Shown here one piece after another: positions 9,207 through 18,068 of a stretch of DNA of 40,335 nucleotides (its first letter is position 1; each line of letters begins with the position of its first letter). Source of the stretch: a virus (taxonomy: Duplodnaviria > Caudoviricetes); the IMG/VR virus record IMGVR_UViG_3300027640_000210, positions 1-40,335 of that record, one strand, 5' to 3'. The notes beneath the pieces are model-generated. The model was not told the origin of the DNA. It searched no databases and saw only the letters and a list, made by a program, of their open reading frames with translations. The translations under genes and the position numbers were made by a program.

Positions 9207-9630
9207 GGCCAGGTCCCACGAAGCCGCGGTCCTCGCGAACTGGCCGGAAGGACAGAGGCTCGTCTACGTCCTCACCATCCCCTACACGCCGCCCTCGTTG
9301 AATGAGTGGATGCGCTGGCACTGGCGGAGGCAGGACGAGGAGCGCGTGAAGTTCCAGCGGGACGTCCATTTGCTCCTGCGGGAGAAGGGCAACGTCTGCC
9401 CCCGACCGCTCGCTACCCCACTCTTCCTGCGGGCGGTGGTCATGCGTCCGGGGGTGCGCCGGCGGGACTCAGACAATTACGCGACCCCACTCTTCAAATG
9501 GCTCCAGGACGTGCTCGTACTCGCGCGCTACCTGCCGGACGACACAGCGGATCTGGTTCGCTACGAGAGCCCGGCCGTGGTGGTGGCGCCCAAGGAGCTG
9601 ACCATCGTAGCGTTCGAAAGGAGGACTTGA
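8971..9630 (+). CDS. RusA-like Holliday junction resolvase/endonuclease (start uncertain)
   Basis: PPSLN...W, RRRDSDN...K.LQD.LV....PDD motifs; the N-terminal ~78 codons are low-complexity and overlap another ORF. Confidence 0.75.
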   Translation: MTSSPSSGTCSRLATAVTSLTGSETPTHAGRPSSTSRSGLRLSTRGSLNSWSGSLASRSGYLSGTASGPRPASSSPLSEARSHEAAVLANWPEGQRLVYVLTIPYTPPSLNEWMRWHWRRQDEERVKFQRDVHLLLREKGNVCPRPLATPLFLRAVVMRPGVRRRDSDNYATPLFKWLQDVLVLARYLPDDTADLVRYESPAVVVAPKELTIVAFERRT

Positions 9631-9845
9631 TGGCGACCTGCAAGGGCTGCGGCGCCGCGATCCTGTGGGCCAAGACCAAGGCCGGCAAGCACATGCCGAT
9701 GGACCCTGAACCGGAGCAGCTCCTGGTCCAGATCGGCACAGGGACCGACGGGGAGCGCAGCTGGCCGGTGGTGGAGGCGCGGCAGGCGTGGCGGCCGCAC
9801 TGGGCAACGTGCCCGCAGGCGGCGGAGCACCGGAGGCGATCGTGA
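9630..9845 (+). CDS. Zinc-finger phage protein
   Basis: CKGCGAAILW...MPMD...HWATCP; RBS AAGGAGG; TGATG coupling. Confidence 0.75.
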   Translation: MATCKGCGAAILWAKTKAGKHMPMDPEPEQLLVQIGTGTDGERSWPVVEARQAWRPHWATCPQAAEHRRRS

Positions 9846-10054
9846 TCCGGCGGTTCGGACGATCGGCGGCTCGGGGGCGTGCTCTACAGGAGCGGCGTGA
9901 GATCGCCGCGGAGGCGACAGAGCATCTCGGGAGGCTCATGGGTGTCTGCTCACTCTGTGGGGGCGCGCATGGCTTCCCCGATCATCGGACGGTCTGTGAG
10001 GCCTGCGGGCGGGAGCGCTGTTTCGCCGACTGCGACCATGGGAGGGAGGGATGA
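9842..10054 (+). CDS. Small Cys-rich hypothetical protein
   Basis: GTGA overlap; CSLC..H..H..CEAC..C..C. Confidence 0.5.
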   Translation: MIRRFGRSAARGRALQERREIAAEATEHLGRLMGVCSLCGGAHGFPDHRTVCEACGRERCFADCDHGREG

Positions 10055-11007
10055 GAGCACGCAGTATCAAGCCCGGATTCTTCAAGAATGAGGATCTCTC
10101 GGAACTTGATCCACTCACGCGCATCCTCTTCGCGGGCCTCTGGTGTATGGCCGATCGGGAGGGAAGACTGGAGGACCGACCGAAGCGAATCAAGGCCGAG
10201 ATACTCCCCTACGACGACGTCGATGTGGACGCCATGCTCCAGAAATTACCCGAGGACTTCATCCAAAGGTACGAGCACTCTGGTGCAAGGTACATCCAAA
10301 TCGTGAATTTCCTCCGTCACCAATGCCCGCACAAGAACGAGAAGCCCTCGGAAATCCCTGCACCGGGCAATATCAAGAAATGCACCGTACAAGCACCAGA
10401 GCAGCACAGTACAAGCACAGGAGTGCTCGCTCCTCGCGCGCGCCTGCTGACTCCCTCTTCATTGACTCCTGACTCCGGACTCCTGACTCCTGACTCTCCT
10501 AAAGAAGATGCTGCTGCTGTCGCGGGCGCGCGCGAGCACGAAGCCCCGTCGGCGGCCGAAGAGCGCAGCAGCAGCATTGGAGAGGAAACCCCGGAAACCC
10601 CACCACCGAAGTCGCCGGACCCCATGGACGACGACGACCCCATGGACGACGACGACCCCATGGACGCGCTTCTCCTCGAGCTCTGGGAGGTGGAGGGTTG
10701 GAAGCGAAAACCGAAGCAGGACCGGGAGGACCTCGCGCGACTCGGGGCCGCCTTCCCGCAGGCCGATCTTGCCGTCGCGATCCAGCAACTCCGGGCGAAG
10801 GCGCTCGACGGAGCCGTGAAGGCCAACCCACGCTCGGCGCTTCAGGCGTTCATCAAGCAGCTCCACCTGCAGGCGCCGGAACCGCGGGTCATCGAGGACG
10901 ACGCGCCACCGGGTCCGCGGGTGGCTCCCGACTGGAAGACTCAGGCTCAGTGTGCGGCGGAGGCCATGGCAGTGGCTCGACGAATGGCGGCGGGAGGTGC
11001 CCCGTGA
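10051..11007 (+). CDS. Phage replication initiator / replisome organiser
   Basis: N-terminus RARSIKPGFF...LF.GLW..ADREGR is typical of phage replication proteins; repeat-rich central linker. Confidence 0.8.
   Translation: MRARSIKPGFFKNEDLSELDPLTRILFAGLWCMADREGRLEDRPKRIKAEILPYDDVDVDAMLQKLPEDFIQRYEHSGARYIQIVNFLRHQCPHKNEKPSEIPAPGNIKKCTVQAPEQHSTSTGVLAPRARLLTPSSLTPDSGLLTPDSPKEDAAAVAGAREHEAPSAAEERSSSIGEETPETPPPKSPDPMDDDDPMDDDDPMDALLLELWEVEGWKRKPKQDREDLARLGAAFPQADLAVAIQQLRAKALDGAVKANPRSALQAFIKQLHLQAPEPRVIEDDAPPGPRVAPDWKTQAQCAAEAMAVARRMAAGGAP
10382..10497 (+). repeat. Putative origin iterons within the initiator gene
   Basis: GCAC(C/A)GTACAAGCAC at 10382 and 10404; five tandem 7-bp TGACTCC-like units at 10463-10497. 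Confidence 0.6.
10618..10665 (+). repeat. 18-bp tandem repeat (GACCCCATGGACGACGAC, about 2.7 copies; encodes DPMDDD)
   Basis: Directly visible. Confidence 0.85.
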
Positions 11008-11210
11008 ACCCTCCGTGCGACTCCCACCTCGAGGCCGCCCTCACCGACCTCCGCCACCGCTGCCGGCGACGGAAACGCGGCCGGGTGATCTGCACGGTCG
11101 AGATCCTGGAGGGCGTCGCTATCGGCCATCGCTGTGAGGAGGACGGGATGTTGGAGCGGGACGTGGAGCGCGTGATGGCGGGGCGACCTGGGAAGGGGTG
11201 GACGTCGTGA
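11004..11210 (+). CDS. Hypothetical protein
   Basis: RBS GGAGGTG and GTGA overlap with the initiator gene. Confidence 0.55.
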   Translation: MNPPCDSHLEAALTDLRHRCRRRKRGRVICTVEILEGVAIGHRCEEDGMLERDVERVMAGRPGKGWTS

Positions 11211-11536
11211 GCGTGTCGGACGACCGACTGTCAGAGATGGCGATGATGGTCGCCTACCACGTTCGCAACGTGCTGGAGGACTTTCACGTCAAGCATCTGA
11301 GCGACGAGCAGATGGCGGAGTTGAATCCGCTGGTACGCAACGGGATATACGAGGCCCTTTACGCTCTGACCCATGACGAGCCGTGGTGCGCCTCTGCCGC
11401 TGCCTCGATGAGCCGATATCCAGAGTACTGGGAGCGGCCGAAGTTTACGGATAGCGTCCGCGCCTTTGTAGGGGTAGGCAACCCATACGCAGGCAACGGA
11501 TTGGGTGGCGCCGCCGGGCCGCAAAGGAGGTCATAG
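11207..11536 (+). CDS. Hypothetical protein
   Basis: GTG start at 11198 or 11207; globular-looking sequence with lower GC. Confidence 0.6.
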   Translation: MSVSDDRLSEMAMMVAYHVRNVLEDFHVKHLSDEQMAELNPLVRNGIYEALYALTHDEPWCASAAASMSRYPEYWERPKFTDSVRAFVGVGNPYAGNGLGGAAGPQRRS

Positions 11537-12174
11537 TGGCAGGGACTCAGCGACACAAGCAGGTAGGGGGAAGACTGGCGGAACCCCGCGAGGGCACCAA
11601 GTTCCTCTCCGACGTGATCGGCAAGAACGTCGCCGCCGCGCGCGCGTTCGTTTCCCTCTCTCAGCTGGACCTCGCCGATCGCATGACGAAGCTCGGCCAC
11701 GGCTGGTATGGAAGCACCGTGGGCCGGGTGGAGAAGGGCACGCGCGTCGTCACGGCCGAGGAGCTCATCGGCCTCGCGCTGGCGCTCCATCCGATCACCC
11801 CGTATTACCTGCTCAGCCCGATCTCGCAAGGTCCGGTGGGAGCCGCAGACATCGACCTCGGACCCGATATCCCGCTTCCGCTCCTGCCGAGTAGCCGCGT
11901 CGATCGGATGTTCCGTGCCAGAAGGAAGACACTGGCGTCACCCCCGCTCGTCATCTGGGAGGGGAACGAGCCGAAGGCGTGGACCCCAACCGATGGCCAA
12001 GGGAGGCTTCACGATCTGATCCGGGAGCTCCTGGATCTGATCCGGGACCTCGAGGCGGAGGAGATGATCAAAGACGCAGCCAAGCTCATGGTCGCAGGGT
12101 GGGACAGCAAGGACGTCCTAGAGGCCGTGGAGTCGTGGTGCGCTGGCAACCTCGTCCCAGGAGGTCGACTGTGA
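11536..12174 (+). CDS. XRE-family helix-turn-helix regulator
   Basis: NVAAARAFVSLSQLDLADRM...STVGRVEKGTRVVTAEELIGLALAL; RBS AAGGAGG. Confidence 0.85.
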   Translation: MAGTQRHKQVGGRLAEPREGTKFLSDVIGKNVAAARAFVSLSQLDLADRMTKLGHGWYGSTVGRVEKGTRVVTAEELIGLALALHPITPYYLLSPISQGPVGAADIDLGPDIPLPLLPSSRVDRMFRARRKTLASPPLVIWEGNEPKAWTPTDGQGRLHDLIRELLDLIRDLEAEEMIKDAAKLMVAGWDSKDVLEAVESWCAGNLVPGGRL

Positions 12175-12281
12175 TACCCGTACTCGAACTCGCCGTCGCC
12201 GTGGGCATCGGCTTCGTGGCCGGCATGGTGTCGGCCTTTCTCTTGGCCCGCTGGGCTGGGCGCCCGAGGCAGAGGGCCTGA
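12171..12281 (+). CDS. Small membrane peptide (36 aa)
   Basis: RBS AGGAGG, GTGA overlap, single hydrophobic helix. Confidence 0.55.
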   Translation: MIPVLELAVAVGIGFVAGMVSAFLLARWAGRPRQRA

Positions 12282-12718
12282 TGCGCCGCGAGCGGCGTCC
12301 CCTCTGGGACAACCTGAGGCGTTGGAATTTCAAGAATCTGGAGGCCCTCGGCGAGGCGCTCGACGAGTACGCGAGCTTTGACGACGGCACCCTTCTCCGC
12401 CGGTACGGTGAGCGCAGCCCCGGCACCGGAGACGACGAAGCGTTGGAGAACCGCCGGGAAACGATCATGTGCCAGAACGCCGAGATCGACCGGCGGATGG
12501 TCATGCTCTCCGCGCAGGCGCCGCTCTACTTCCGCCTCCTGGACTCGTACTACCGCGACGGCCTCTGCTACGAGGCCAAGGGGTGGGAGCAGACGGCCCG
12601 CCGGTCTGGACTTCCGCATGATCGCCGAGCGCATAAGAAGCGATTCGAGGTGATGCTTGAGTGGGCGACGGAGGCGCTTTTTTTCTGCCGTCCGAAGCCG
12701 CCTAGAGCGGACGCTTGA
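12281..12718 (+). CDS. Putative late-gene transcriptional regulator (Q/RinA/ArpU-like position)
   Basis: Last early gene before the packaging module; LL..YY.....W...AR..G pattern resembling sigma-region-4-like HTH regulators. Confidence 0.5.
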   Translation: MRRERRPLWDNLRRWNFKNLEALGEALDEYASFDDGTLLRRYGERSPGTGDDEALENRRETIMCQNAEIDRRMVMLSAQAPLYFRLLDSYYRDGLCYEAKGWEQTARRSGLPHDRRAHKKRFEVMLEWATEALFFCRPKPPRADA

Positions 12719-12767
12719 CACTCACGGCGGACTCGTGATAGCTTGACAAGCGTTGGGATGCTAGAAT
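12715..12767 (+). promoter_or_regulatory. Putative late promoter
   Basis: TTGACA(12715)-N18-TAGCTT(12739) with extended TG; second TTGACA at 12743 and TG-C-TAGAAT at 12759-12767. Confidence 0.65.
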
Positions 12768-12776
12768 TGCGCCCTG

Positions 12777-12806
12777 AGGGCCGCTCACCCCCGAGCGGCC
12801 CTTTTC
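12777..12806 (+). terminator. Intrinsic terminator just downstream of the late promoter
   Basis: 10-bp stem AGGGCCGCTC / GAGCGGCCCT, 6-nt loop, ending in TTTTCT. Confidence 0.7.
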
Positions 12807-12838
12807 TATGCCCCCATATTTCCGAGGAGGCAACCCCC

Positions 12839-14050
12839 GTGTCCGAATGGTCCAACCGCCTGATCGGATACGGCTTGGTGGACGCCGATCAGCTCCTCGC
12901 CAACCCTGCGAATTGGCGTCGTCACCCGAACGTGCAGCGCGAGGCCCTGCGGGGTTCGCTGGATGATCTGGGGTGGATCGCACCGGTGATCGTCAACCAG
13001 ACCACGGGCTTCATGATCGACGGGCATGCCCGAGCGGAGGAGGCCCTCGCTCGCGGTGGCCAAGTGCCCGTGGCCTACGTTGAACTCACGCCGGCGGAAG
13101 AGGCCGAGGCGCTCGCCATCCTCGATCCCATCGGCGCCATGGCGACGGCCGATGCCGACGCCCTGGACGCGCTGCTCCGCGAGGTGAGTTCGGGGAGCGA
13201 GGCGATCCAGGCGCTACTTGCCGACATCGCCAAGGGCGCAGGCCTGTACCTCGACCAGCCTCTCGCGGAAGACCCCGGCGCCGACCTTGACCACGCCGAC
13301 GAGCTCCGGGAGAAGTGGGGCACGGAGGCTGGGCAGCTCTGGGAGCTCGGAAAGCACCGGCTGCTCTGCGGAGATGCGACTTCCGAACCGGACGTCGGCC
13401 GACTGCTTGCCGGCGTCGTGCCGCTGCTCATGGTGACCGACCCTCCGTACGGCGTGGAGTACGACCCGACGTGGCGAGCCCGAGCGGGGGTGAACCTGAA
13501 CCGCGGCAAGCTGGGCGAGGTCTCGAACGACGCCCAAGCCGACTGGCGCGAGGCCTGGGCTCTCTTCCCCGGCGCAGTCGCCTACGTCTGGCACGCGGGT
13601 CGTTTCGCCTCGACAGTCCAGGAGTCGATCGAGGCCGCGGGCTTCGAGATTCGGTCCCAGATCATCTGGGCCAAGGACCGCTTCGCCCTTTCGCGAGGCC
13701 ACTACCACTGGCAGCACGAGCCCTGCTGGTATGCCGTTCGGCGTGGGGACAAGGGGCACTGGTGCGGGGACCGCTCGCAGAGCACGCTCTGGAGCATCCC
13801 GGCCCGGGAGGATGCCGGCCACGGGCACGCCACCCAGAAGCCCGTCGAATGCATGCGCCGACCAATCGAGAACAACTCCTCGCCGGGGCAGGCGGTGTTC
13901 GACCCCTTCCTCGGCTCCGGAACCACCCTGGTCGCCGCTGAGCAGGCGGACCGCGTTTGCTACGGGCTGGAGCTCGAGCCCAAGTACGTGGCTGTGACTC
14001 TCGAGCGGATGCAGGGCATGGGTCTCGAGCCTCGACTGCTGGACGACTGA
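12839..14050 (+). CDS. ParB-like N-terminal domain fused to an N6A/N4C DNA methyltransferase
   Basis: NPANWRRH...IDGHAR (ParB-like); HRLLCGD, TDPPY, HATQKP, DPFLGSGTT; RBS GAGGAGG before GTG 12839. Confidence 0.92.
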   Translation: MSEWSNRLIGYGLVDADQLLANPANWRRHPNVQREALRGSLDDLGWIAPVIVNQTTGFMIDGHARAEEALARGGQVPVAYVELTPAEEAEALAILDPIGAMATADADALDALLREVSSGSEAIQALLADIAKGAGLYLDQPLAEDPGADLDHADELREKWGTEAGQLWELGKHRLLCGDATSEPDVGRLLAGVVPLLMVTDPPYGVEYDPTWRARAGVNLNRGKLGEVSNDAQADWREAWALFPGAVAYVWHAGRFASTVQESIEAAGFEIRSQIIWAKDRFALSRGHYHWQHEPCWYAVRRGDKGHWCGDRSQSTLWSIPAREDAGHGHATQKPVECMRRPIENNSSPGQAVFDPFLGSGTTLVAAEQADRVCYGLELEPKYVAVTLERMQGMGLEPRLLDD

Positions 14051-14589
14051 TGGGCGGTCCAGAAAGCGCAGGCAGCGCCCGGCGCGTCGCCGCCCGCAAG
14101 CGTGAAGCCGACGCTCTTGAGCTGCGGCTCGGCGGGGCTACCTACGAGCAGATCGCCGGGCGCCTCGGCTACAGGAACCGCTCGGGAGCCATGCGGGCGA
14201 TCCAGCGGGCTCTCGACAAGCTGATCTGTCCCGAGGATGTGGAGAGTCTCCGCCAGCTGGAGCTCGAGCGCCTCGATCGGTTGCTCCTCGGCATCTGGAG
14301 CGCGGCGGTACGGGGCAATCCCGCGGCCATCGATCGCGTGCTCAAGATCCTCGAACGCCGGGCGCGGATCCTCGGGATCGATGCACCGGAGCGTCGCGAG
14401 CTTTCCGGGCCGGGCGGAGGGCCGATTCAGCATGAGCACCACACCGAAACCGAGCTCGATCGAGAGATCGGCCGCCTCCTGGGCGACATGGCCCATGCCG
14501 AAGAAGCGCTCCTTGGCCACCAGCCTGCGGAGCTCCCGCGAGGCTTCGAGCCGCCTCTACGACTGGACGTTGGCCCGGAGGCTGATTGA
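14050..14589 (+). CDS. Terminase small subunit (HTH)
   Basis: ALELRLGGATYEQIAGRLGY HTH, RARILGIDAP, ELSGPGGGPI; directly upstream of the large terminase. Confidence 0.75.
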   Translation: MGGPESAGSARRVAARKREADALELRLGGATYEQIAGRLGYRNRSGAMRAIQRALDKLICPEDVESLRQLELERLDRLLLGIWSAAVRGNPAAIDRVLKILERRARILGIDAPERRELSGPGGGPIQHEHHTETELDREIGRLLGDMAHAEEALLGHQPAELPRGFEPPLRLDVGPEAD

Positions 14590-16117
14590 CGCAGAACCCT
14601 TCTCCTTCCGCGGCCACGAGTACCTGCGAGGGCTCTACGCCGACGAGTCGCCCACCATGGTCATCCGCAAGGCCGCCCAGATGGGAGCCAGCGAGTACGC
14701 GATCTCTCGGGCCCTCCACTTCGCCATCCTGCACGCCGGCCGGACGATCTACTTCTTCCCCACCGACCACGACGTCGGCGAGTTCTCCCGCGATCGCTTT
14801 GGGCCCGCGGTGGAGGGGTCGCCCTACCTGAAGGCACTGGTCCGGAACACGGACACCGCCGGCTACAAGCAGATCGGCGGCGGCGTGATCTACTTCCGGG
14901 GCACACGCTCGCGGACGCGTATGAAGTCGGTGCCCGCGGACTTCTTGATCTTCGACGAGCTCGACGAGATGGCGCCCGGCAACATCGCCCTGGCGGAGAA
15001 GCGTCTGGGGCACTCCGAGTGGGGTTGGTCCTTGCGCCTCTCCACGCCATCGCTCCCTGAGTACGGCATCGACGCCGCCTTCGGGGAGACGGACCAGCGC
15101 CACTGGCTGCTTCGCTGTCCCAGCTGCGGGCGCTATCGCTGCCTGGAGGATGAGTTCCTCGAGCACCACGGCTCGCCCCAGGATCCACGGGCAGAGATCT
15201 GCTTCATCCGAGGGGAGCCGGGAAGCGAGCGTCTGGTCTGCCTGGACTGCGGTGGGGCACTCGATCCGGCCCGCGGGGCCTGGGTGGCGAAGTACCCGGA
15301 CCGCGGAATCCACGGCTACCAGCTCTCGAAGTTCCAGAGTCAGAGGGTCTCGCAGAAGGAACGGGAGCAGGGGTACCTGACCAAGCCCGCCGCGCTCCTT
15401 GCCGACTGGCGCGCGACCCGCTTCCCGGAGGAGTTCTTCAACTCCGAGGTGGGCCTCCCCTATCTGGCGGCCGAGGGAGGACTCACCGAGCAGGATCTAC
15501 TCGCGCTCGAGGGGCGCTACGGGCAACCCGACAGCGGCAAGGGCTGCGTCATGGGTGTGGACCAAGGCAACGGGCTCCACGTGGTGGTGAAGGAGCCGAC
15601 CGCGTCTGGGATCGTCCTCACCGTCCGTATCCACTACGAGCCCATGACCGATGCCGTCTTCAGCCATCTGGACCACGTCATGGCGGACTACGACGTCCGG
15701 GTCTGCGTGATTGACGCCCTGCCGAACACGCATGCGGCCCGAGCTTTTGCCCGGCGCTTCCCGGGCCGGGTCTGGATGAACTTCTACTCGGCGACCCAAC
15801 GGGGCGGAGCCGCCTGGAGTCGGGATCAAGAGGGCTCACCCATCGTGAGCGTGAACCGGACTGAAAGCCTGGACGCCTGGCGGGACGCCTACAAGCTGCA
15901 GCGCCGCCGGCTGCCTCGTGGCGCAGCTGATCTCGCTGAGTACCGGCGGCAGATGACGAACGTCCTGCGCAAGGTGGAGGAGGACCCCGTGACCGGAGAG
16001 AAGCGCGCACGCTGGATCAAGCGGGGCCCAGACCACTTCGCCCACGCCGACAACTACGCCGAGATCGCGCTCGGGCGTCTGCACGCTGGCCGGGTGAGCG
16101 TCAGGGTGGTGGGCTAG
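14495..16117 (+). CDS. Terminase large subunit (GpA-like)
   Basis: KAAQMGASE Walker A, LIFDELD Walker B, STP coupling motif, CxxC pairs, GVDQG and DHFAHA nuclease motifs. Start 14432 is also possible. Confidence 0.9.
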   Translation: MPKKRSLATSLRSSREASSRLYDWTLARRLIDAEPFSFRGHEYLRGLYADESPTMVIRKAAQMGASEYAISRALHFAILHAGRTIYFFPTDHDVGEFSRDRFGPAVEGSPYLKALVRNTDTAGYKQIGGGVIYFRGTRSRTRMKSVPADFLIFDELDEMAPGNIALAEKRLGHSEWGWSLRLSTPSLPEYGIDAAFGETDQRHWLLRCPSCGRYRCLEDEFLEHHGSPQDPRAEICFIRGEPGSERLVCLDCGGALDPARGAWVAKYPDRGIHGYQLSKFQSQRVSQKEREQGYLTKPAALLADWRATRFPEEFFNSEVGLPYLAAEGGLTEQDLLALEGRYGQPDSGKGCVMGVDQGNGLHVVVKEPTASGIVLTVRIHYEPMTDAVFSHLDHVMADYDVRVCVIDALPNTHAARAFARRFPGRVWMNFYSATQRGGAAWSRDQEGSPIVSVNRTESLDAWRDAYKLQRRRLPRGAADLAEYRRQMTNVLRKVEEDPVTGEKRARWIKRGPDHFAHADNYAEIALGRLHAGRVSVRVVG

Positions 16118-16120
16118 ACC

Positions 16121-17581
16121 GTGGGCGACGTCACGGTGCAGGTACTGGAGGCGCCCGGCAAGGCCGAAGGCCAGTCGAAACAGCTCGACCTGGCCAAGTT
16201 CGCCTACGACGAGCACCGCTGCGTGACCCCTCCGGTCGATCCCCAGGTCCTGGCCCAGCTCTACAGCCGCAACGTCGCTCACAAGGCCTGTGTGGACGCC
16301 AAGGCCGTGAACACGGTAGGCCTCGGCTGGAAGTTCGATCCGAAGCCGGGGACGGACCCAGCGGACACCGGCGTGCAGGAGCTCGCGGGAGAACTCGAGG
16401 GCTGGCTGGACCTTCTGGCCCGCCGCGACGGGGAATCGTTCAGCGACCTGCTTCTCTCCGCCAAGAAGGACGAGGAGGCGGTGGGCTGGGGGGCGATTGA
16501 GATCTCCCGCAACGGCCGGGGGCAGGCGGACGGCCTCTACCACGTCCACGCCTTTACGCTCAGGCGTCGCAAGGACCGGGACGGCTGGGTCCAGAAGGTG
16601 GCGGGCGACTACGTCTACTTCCGCAACTACCGCCGGGCGGCTGCCGACACGGAGTCTCCGGAGCGCTTCGAGGGCACGAACGAACTCCTGATCGTGGGCG
16701 AGACGGCCCCGGACAGTCCCTTCTATCCACTCCCTGACCACGTGCCCGCCCTCGGAGACATCGCCGGCGACGAGGCGGCTCAGGCCTATCAGCTCCAGTT
16801 CTTCCGCAACAACGCCGTGCCGCGGTTGGCCATCGTGGTGGAGGGCGGGAAGCTGGATGAGGACGTCAAGGACTACCTCCTCGCCTACATGCGCGAAGGG
16901 ATCCGGGGGGATGCCCACAAGACCTTGCTCCTTGAGTCCTCCACCAACGACCAGGTCAAGATCCACATCGAGAAGCTCACTGTGGGCACCAGCGAGGAGG
17001 CCGACTTCATGGCCTACCGGCGTTTCGTCGTGGGCCAGGTGATCATGTCTCACCGGGTCTCGCCCTCCAAGGTGACCTTGGTGGAGGACGCCAACCGGGC
17101 CAACTCCCGCGACCAGGACAAAACCTTCAAGGAACAAGTGTGCAAGCCCGACCAAGAGCGCTGGGAGAAGCGCATCCAGTGGCTGCTTGAGGATGAGTTC
17201 GGACCCGACCTCCCTCTTCAGTTTCGCTTCGAAGAGATGGACCTCGCCGACGAGGAGCAGATCGCCCGCACCCGTACCCACTACATGGGGGCGCTCACGA
17301 ACAACGAGGTGCGCGCCTTCATCGATCACGGCGACGCAGGTATGGATCCTGACACCGGGGCGGTCACCGATCCGGATCTGGAGGAGTGGGGCCGGCAGCC
17401 GTTCGAAGCGCCTACTCCCGCGCTGCCTGGCGCCCAGGAGGGCCTCGGTGACCTGGAGCCGCTCAGCAAGCGCGTCTCACCGGTTCACCGGGCCTTCATC
17501 GCTGAGGTGGCGAAGCTGGGCTACCTGGTGGAGGAAATCCGGGAACTCGCCGGTCCGGATCCGGAGCACGCGGGCTACTAG
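16121..17581 (+). CDS. Portal protein (PBSX/XkdE-like)
   Basis: HKAC...K, G.G.IEI.RN..G....LYH, FFRNNAVP, H.V.P, T.NEVR motifs; follows the terminase. Confidence 0.92.
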   Translation: MGDVTVQVLEAPGKAEGQSKQLDLAKFAYDEHRCVTPPVDPQVLAQLYSRNVAHKACVDAKAVNTVGLGWKFDPKPGTDPADTGVQELAGELEGWLDLLARRDGESFSDLLLSAKKDEEAVGWGAIEISRNGRGQADGLYHVHAFTLRRRKDRDGWVQKVAGDYVYFRNYRRAAADTESPERFEGTNELLIVGETAPDSPFYPLPDHVPALGDIAGDEAAQAYQLQFFRNNAVPRLAIVVEGGKLDEDVKDYLLAYMREGIRGDAHKTLLLESSTNDQVKIHIEKLTVGTSEEADFMAYRRFVVGQVIMSHRVSPSKVTLVEDANRANSRDQDKTFKEQVCKPDQERWEKRIQWLLEDEFGPDLPLQFRFEEMDLADEEQIARTRTHYMGALTNNEVRAFIDHGDAGMDPDTGAVTDPDLEEWGRQPFEAPTPALPGAQEGLGDLEPLSKRVSPVHRAFIAEVAKLGYLVEEIRELAGPDPEHAGY

Positions 17582-17689
17582 ACCACCGACCGTCTGCCGA
17601 CCGAAAGATGAAGAGCATCCTTCATACCCGCTAGGTGAGCTCCCTGTCGATTCTACTCTTGTGGAGAATCACCAAGCTGGGAGTTGCAG

Positions 17690-17959
17690 ATGAGCGGCAC
17701 CAAGAAGATGACATCGGGACGCTATTGGGACGCCTTGCTCCAAGAGGTCTCCTGTGATGCCGCACAAGCCCTCCCCACGATGGTCGAGATCGGGGAAGAG
17801 GACGGTGCAACCTGGGTGGTCCGCACTCGGTTCCACGGTGAGGACATTCTCTTGGCCGAAGGTCTCGAGTTCGGAGAAGCTGCCGACATGGTGATGAGCG
17901 TGTTTGATGGCCTGCTTGAAGAGCGGTCGTTGAAGGATGTTCGGCTTGTGCCAGCCTGA
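17690..17959 (+). CDS. Hypothetical protein, moron-like insertion
   Basis: Lower-GC ORF between portal and MuF with its own intergenic flanks; RBS GGGAG before ATG 17690. Confidence 0.55.
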   Translation: MSGTKKMTSGRYWDALLQEVSCDAAQALPTMVEIGEEDGATWVVRTRFHGEDILLAEGLEFGEAADMVMSVFDGLLEERSLKDVRLVPA

Positions 17960-18024
17960 GGGGGCTCAAGTCTTCAATGAATAAGGGCGCGACGAAGTTC
18001 CGCAGCCGTTCACAGAGGTGAATC

Positions 18025-18049
18025 AGGCCCCGCAAGGGGCCTTTCTTCT
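18025..18049 (+). terminator. Intrinsic terminator
   Basis: AGGCCCC-GCAA-GGGGCCT followed by TTCTTCT. Confidence 0.65.
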
Positions 18050-18068
18050 GCTCCGAATCGGAGGAAGC

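Noticed and set aside
12678-12685. T7 run (T TTT TTC) as a frameshift or phase-variation site in the late regulator
   Set aside because: Only about 11 codons from the stop, and the -1 frame closes within a few codons; no supporting evidence.
12839-14050. Methyltransferase as part of a restriction-modification or novel defence system
   Set aside because: No cognate nuclease adjacent; ParB-methyltransferase genes just upstream of terminases are common in prophages.
18018-18068. ORF-track start of MuF at 18018
   Set aside because: Runs through a terminator hairpin; TTG 18069 has a GGAGG RBS.
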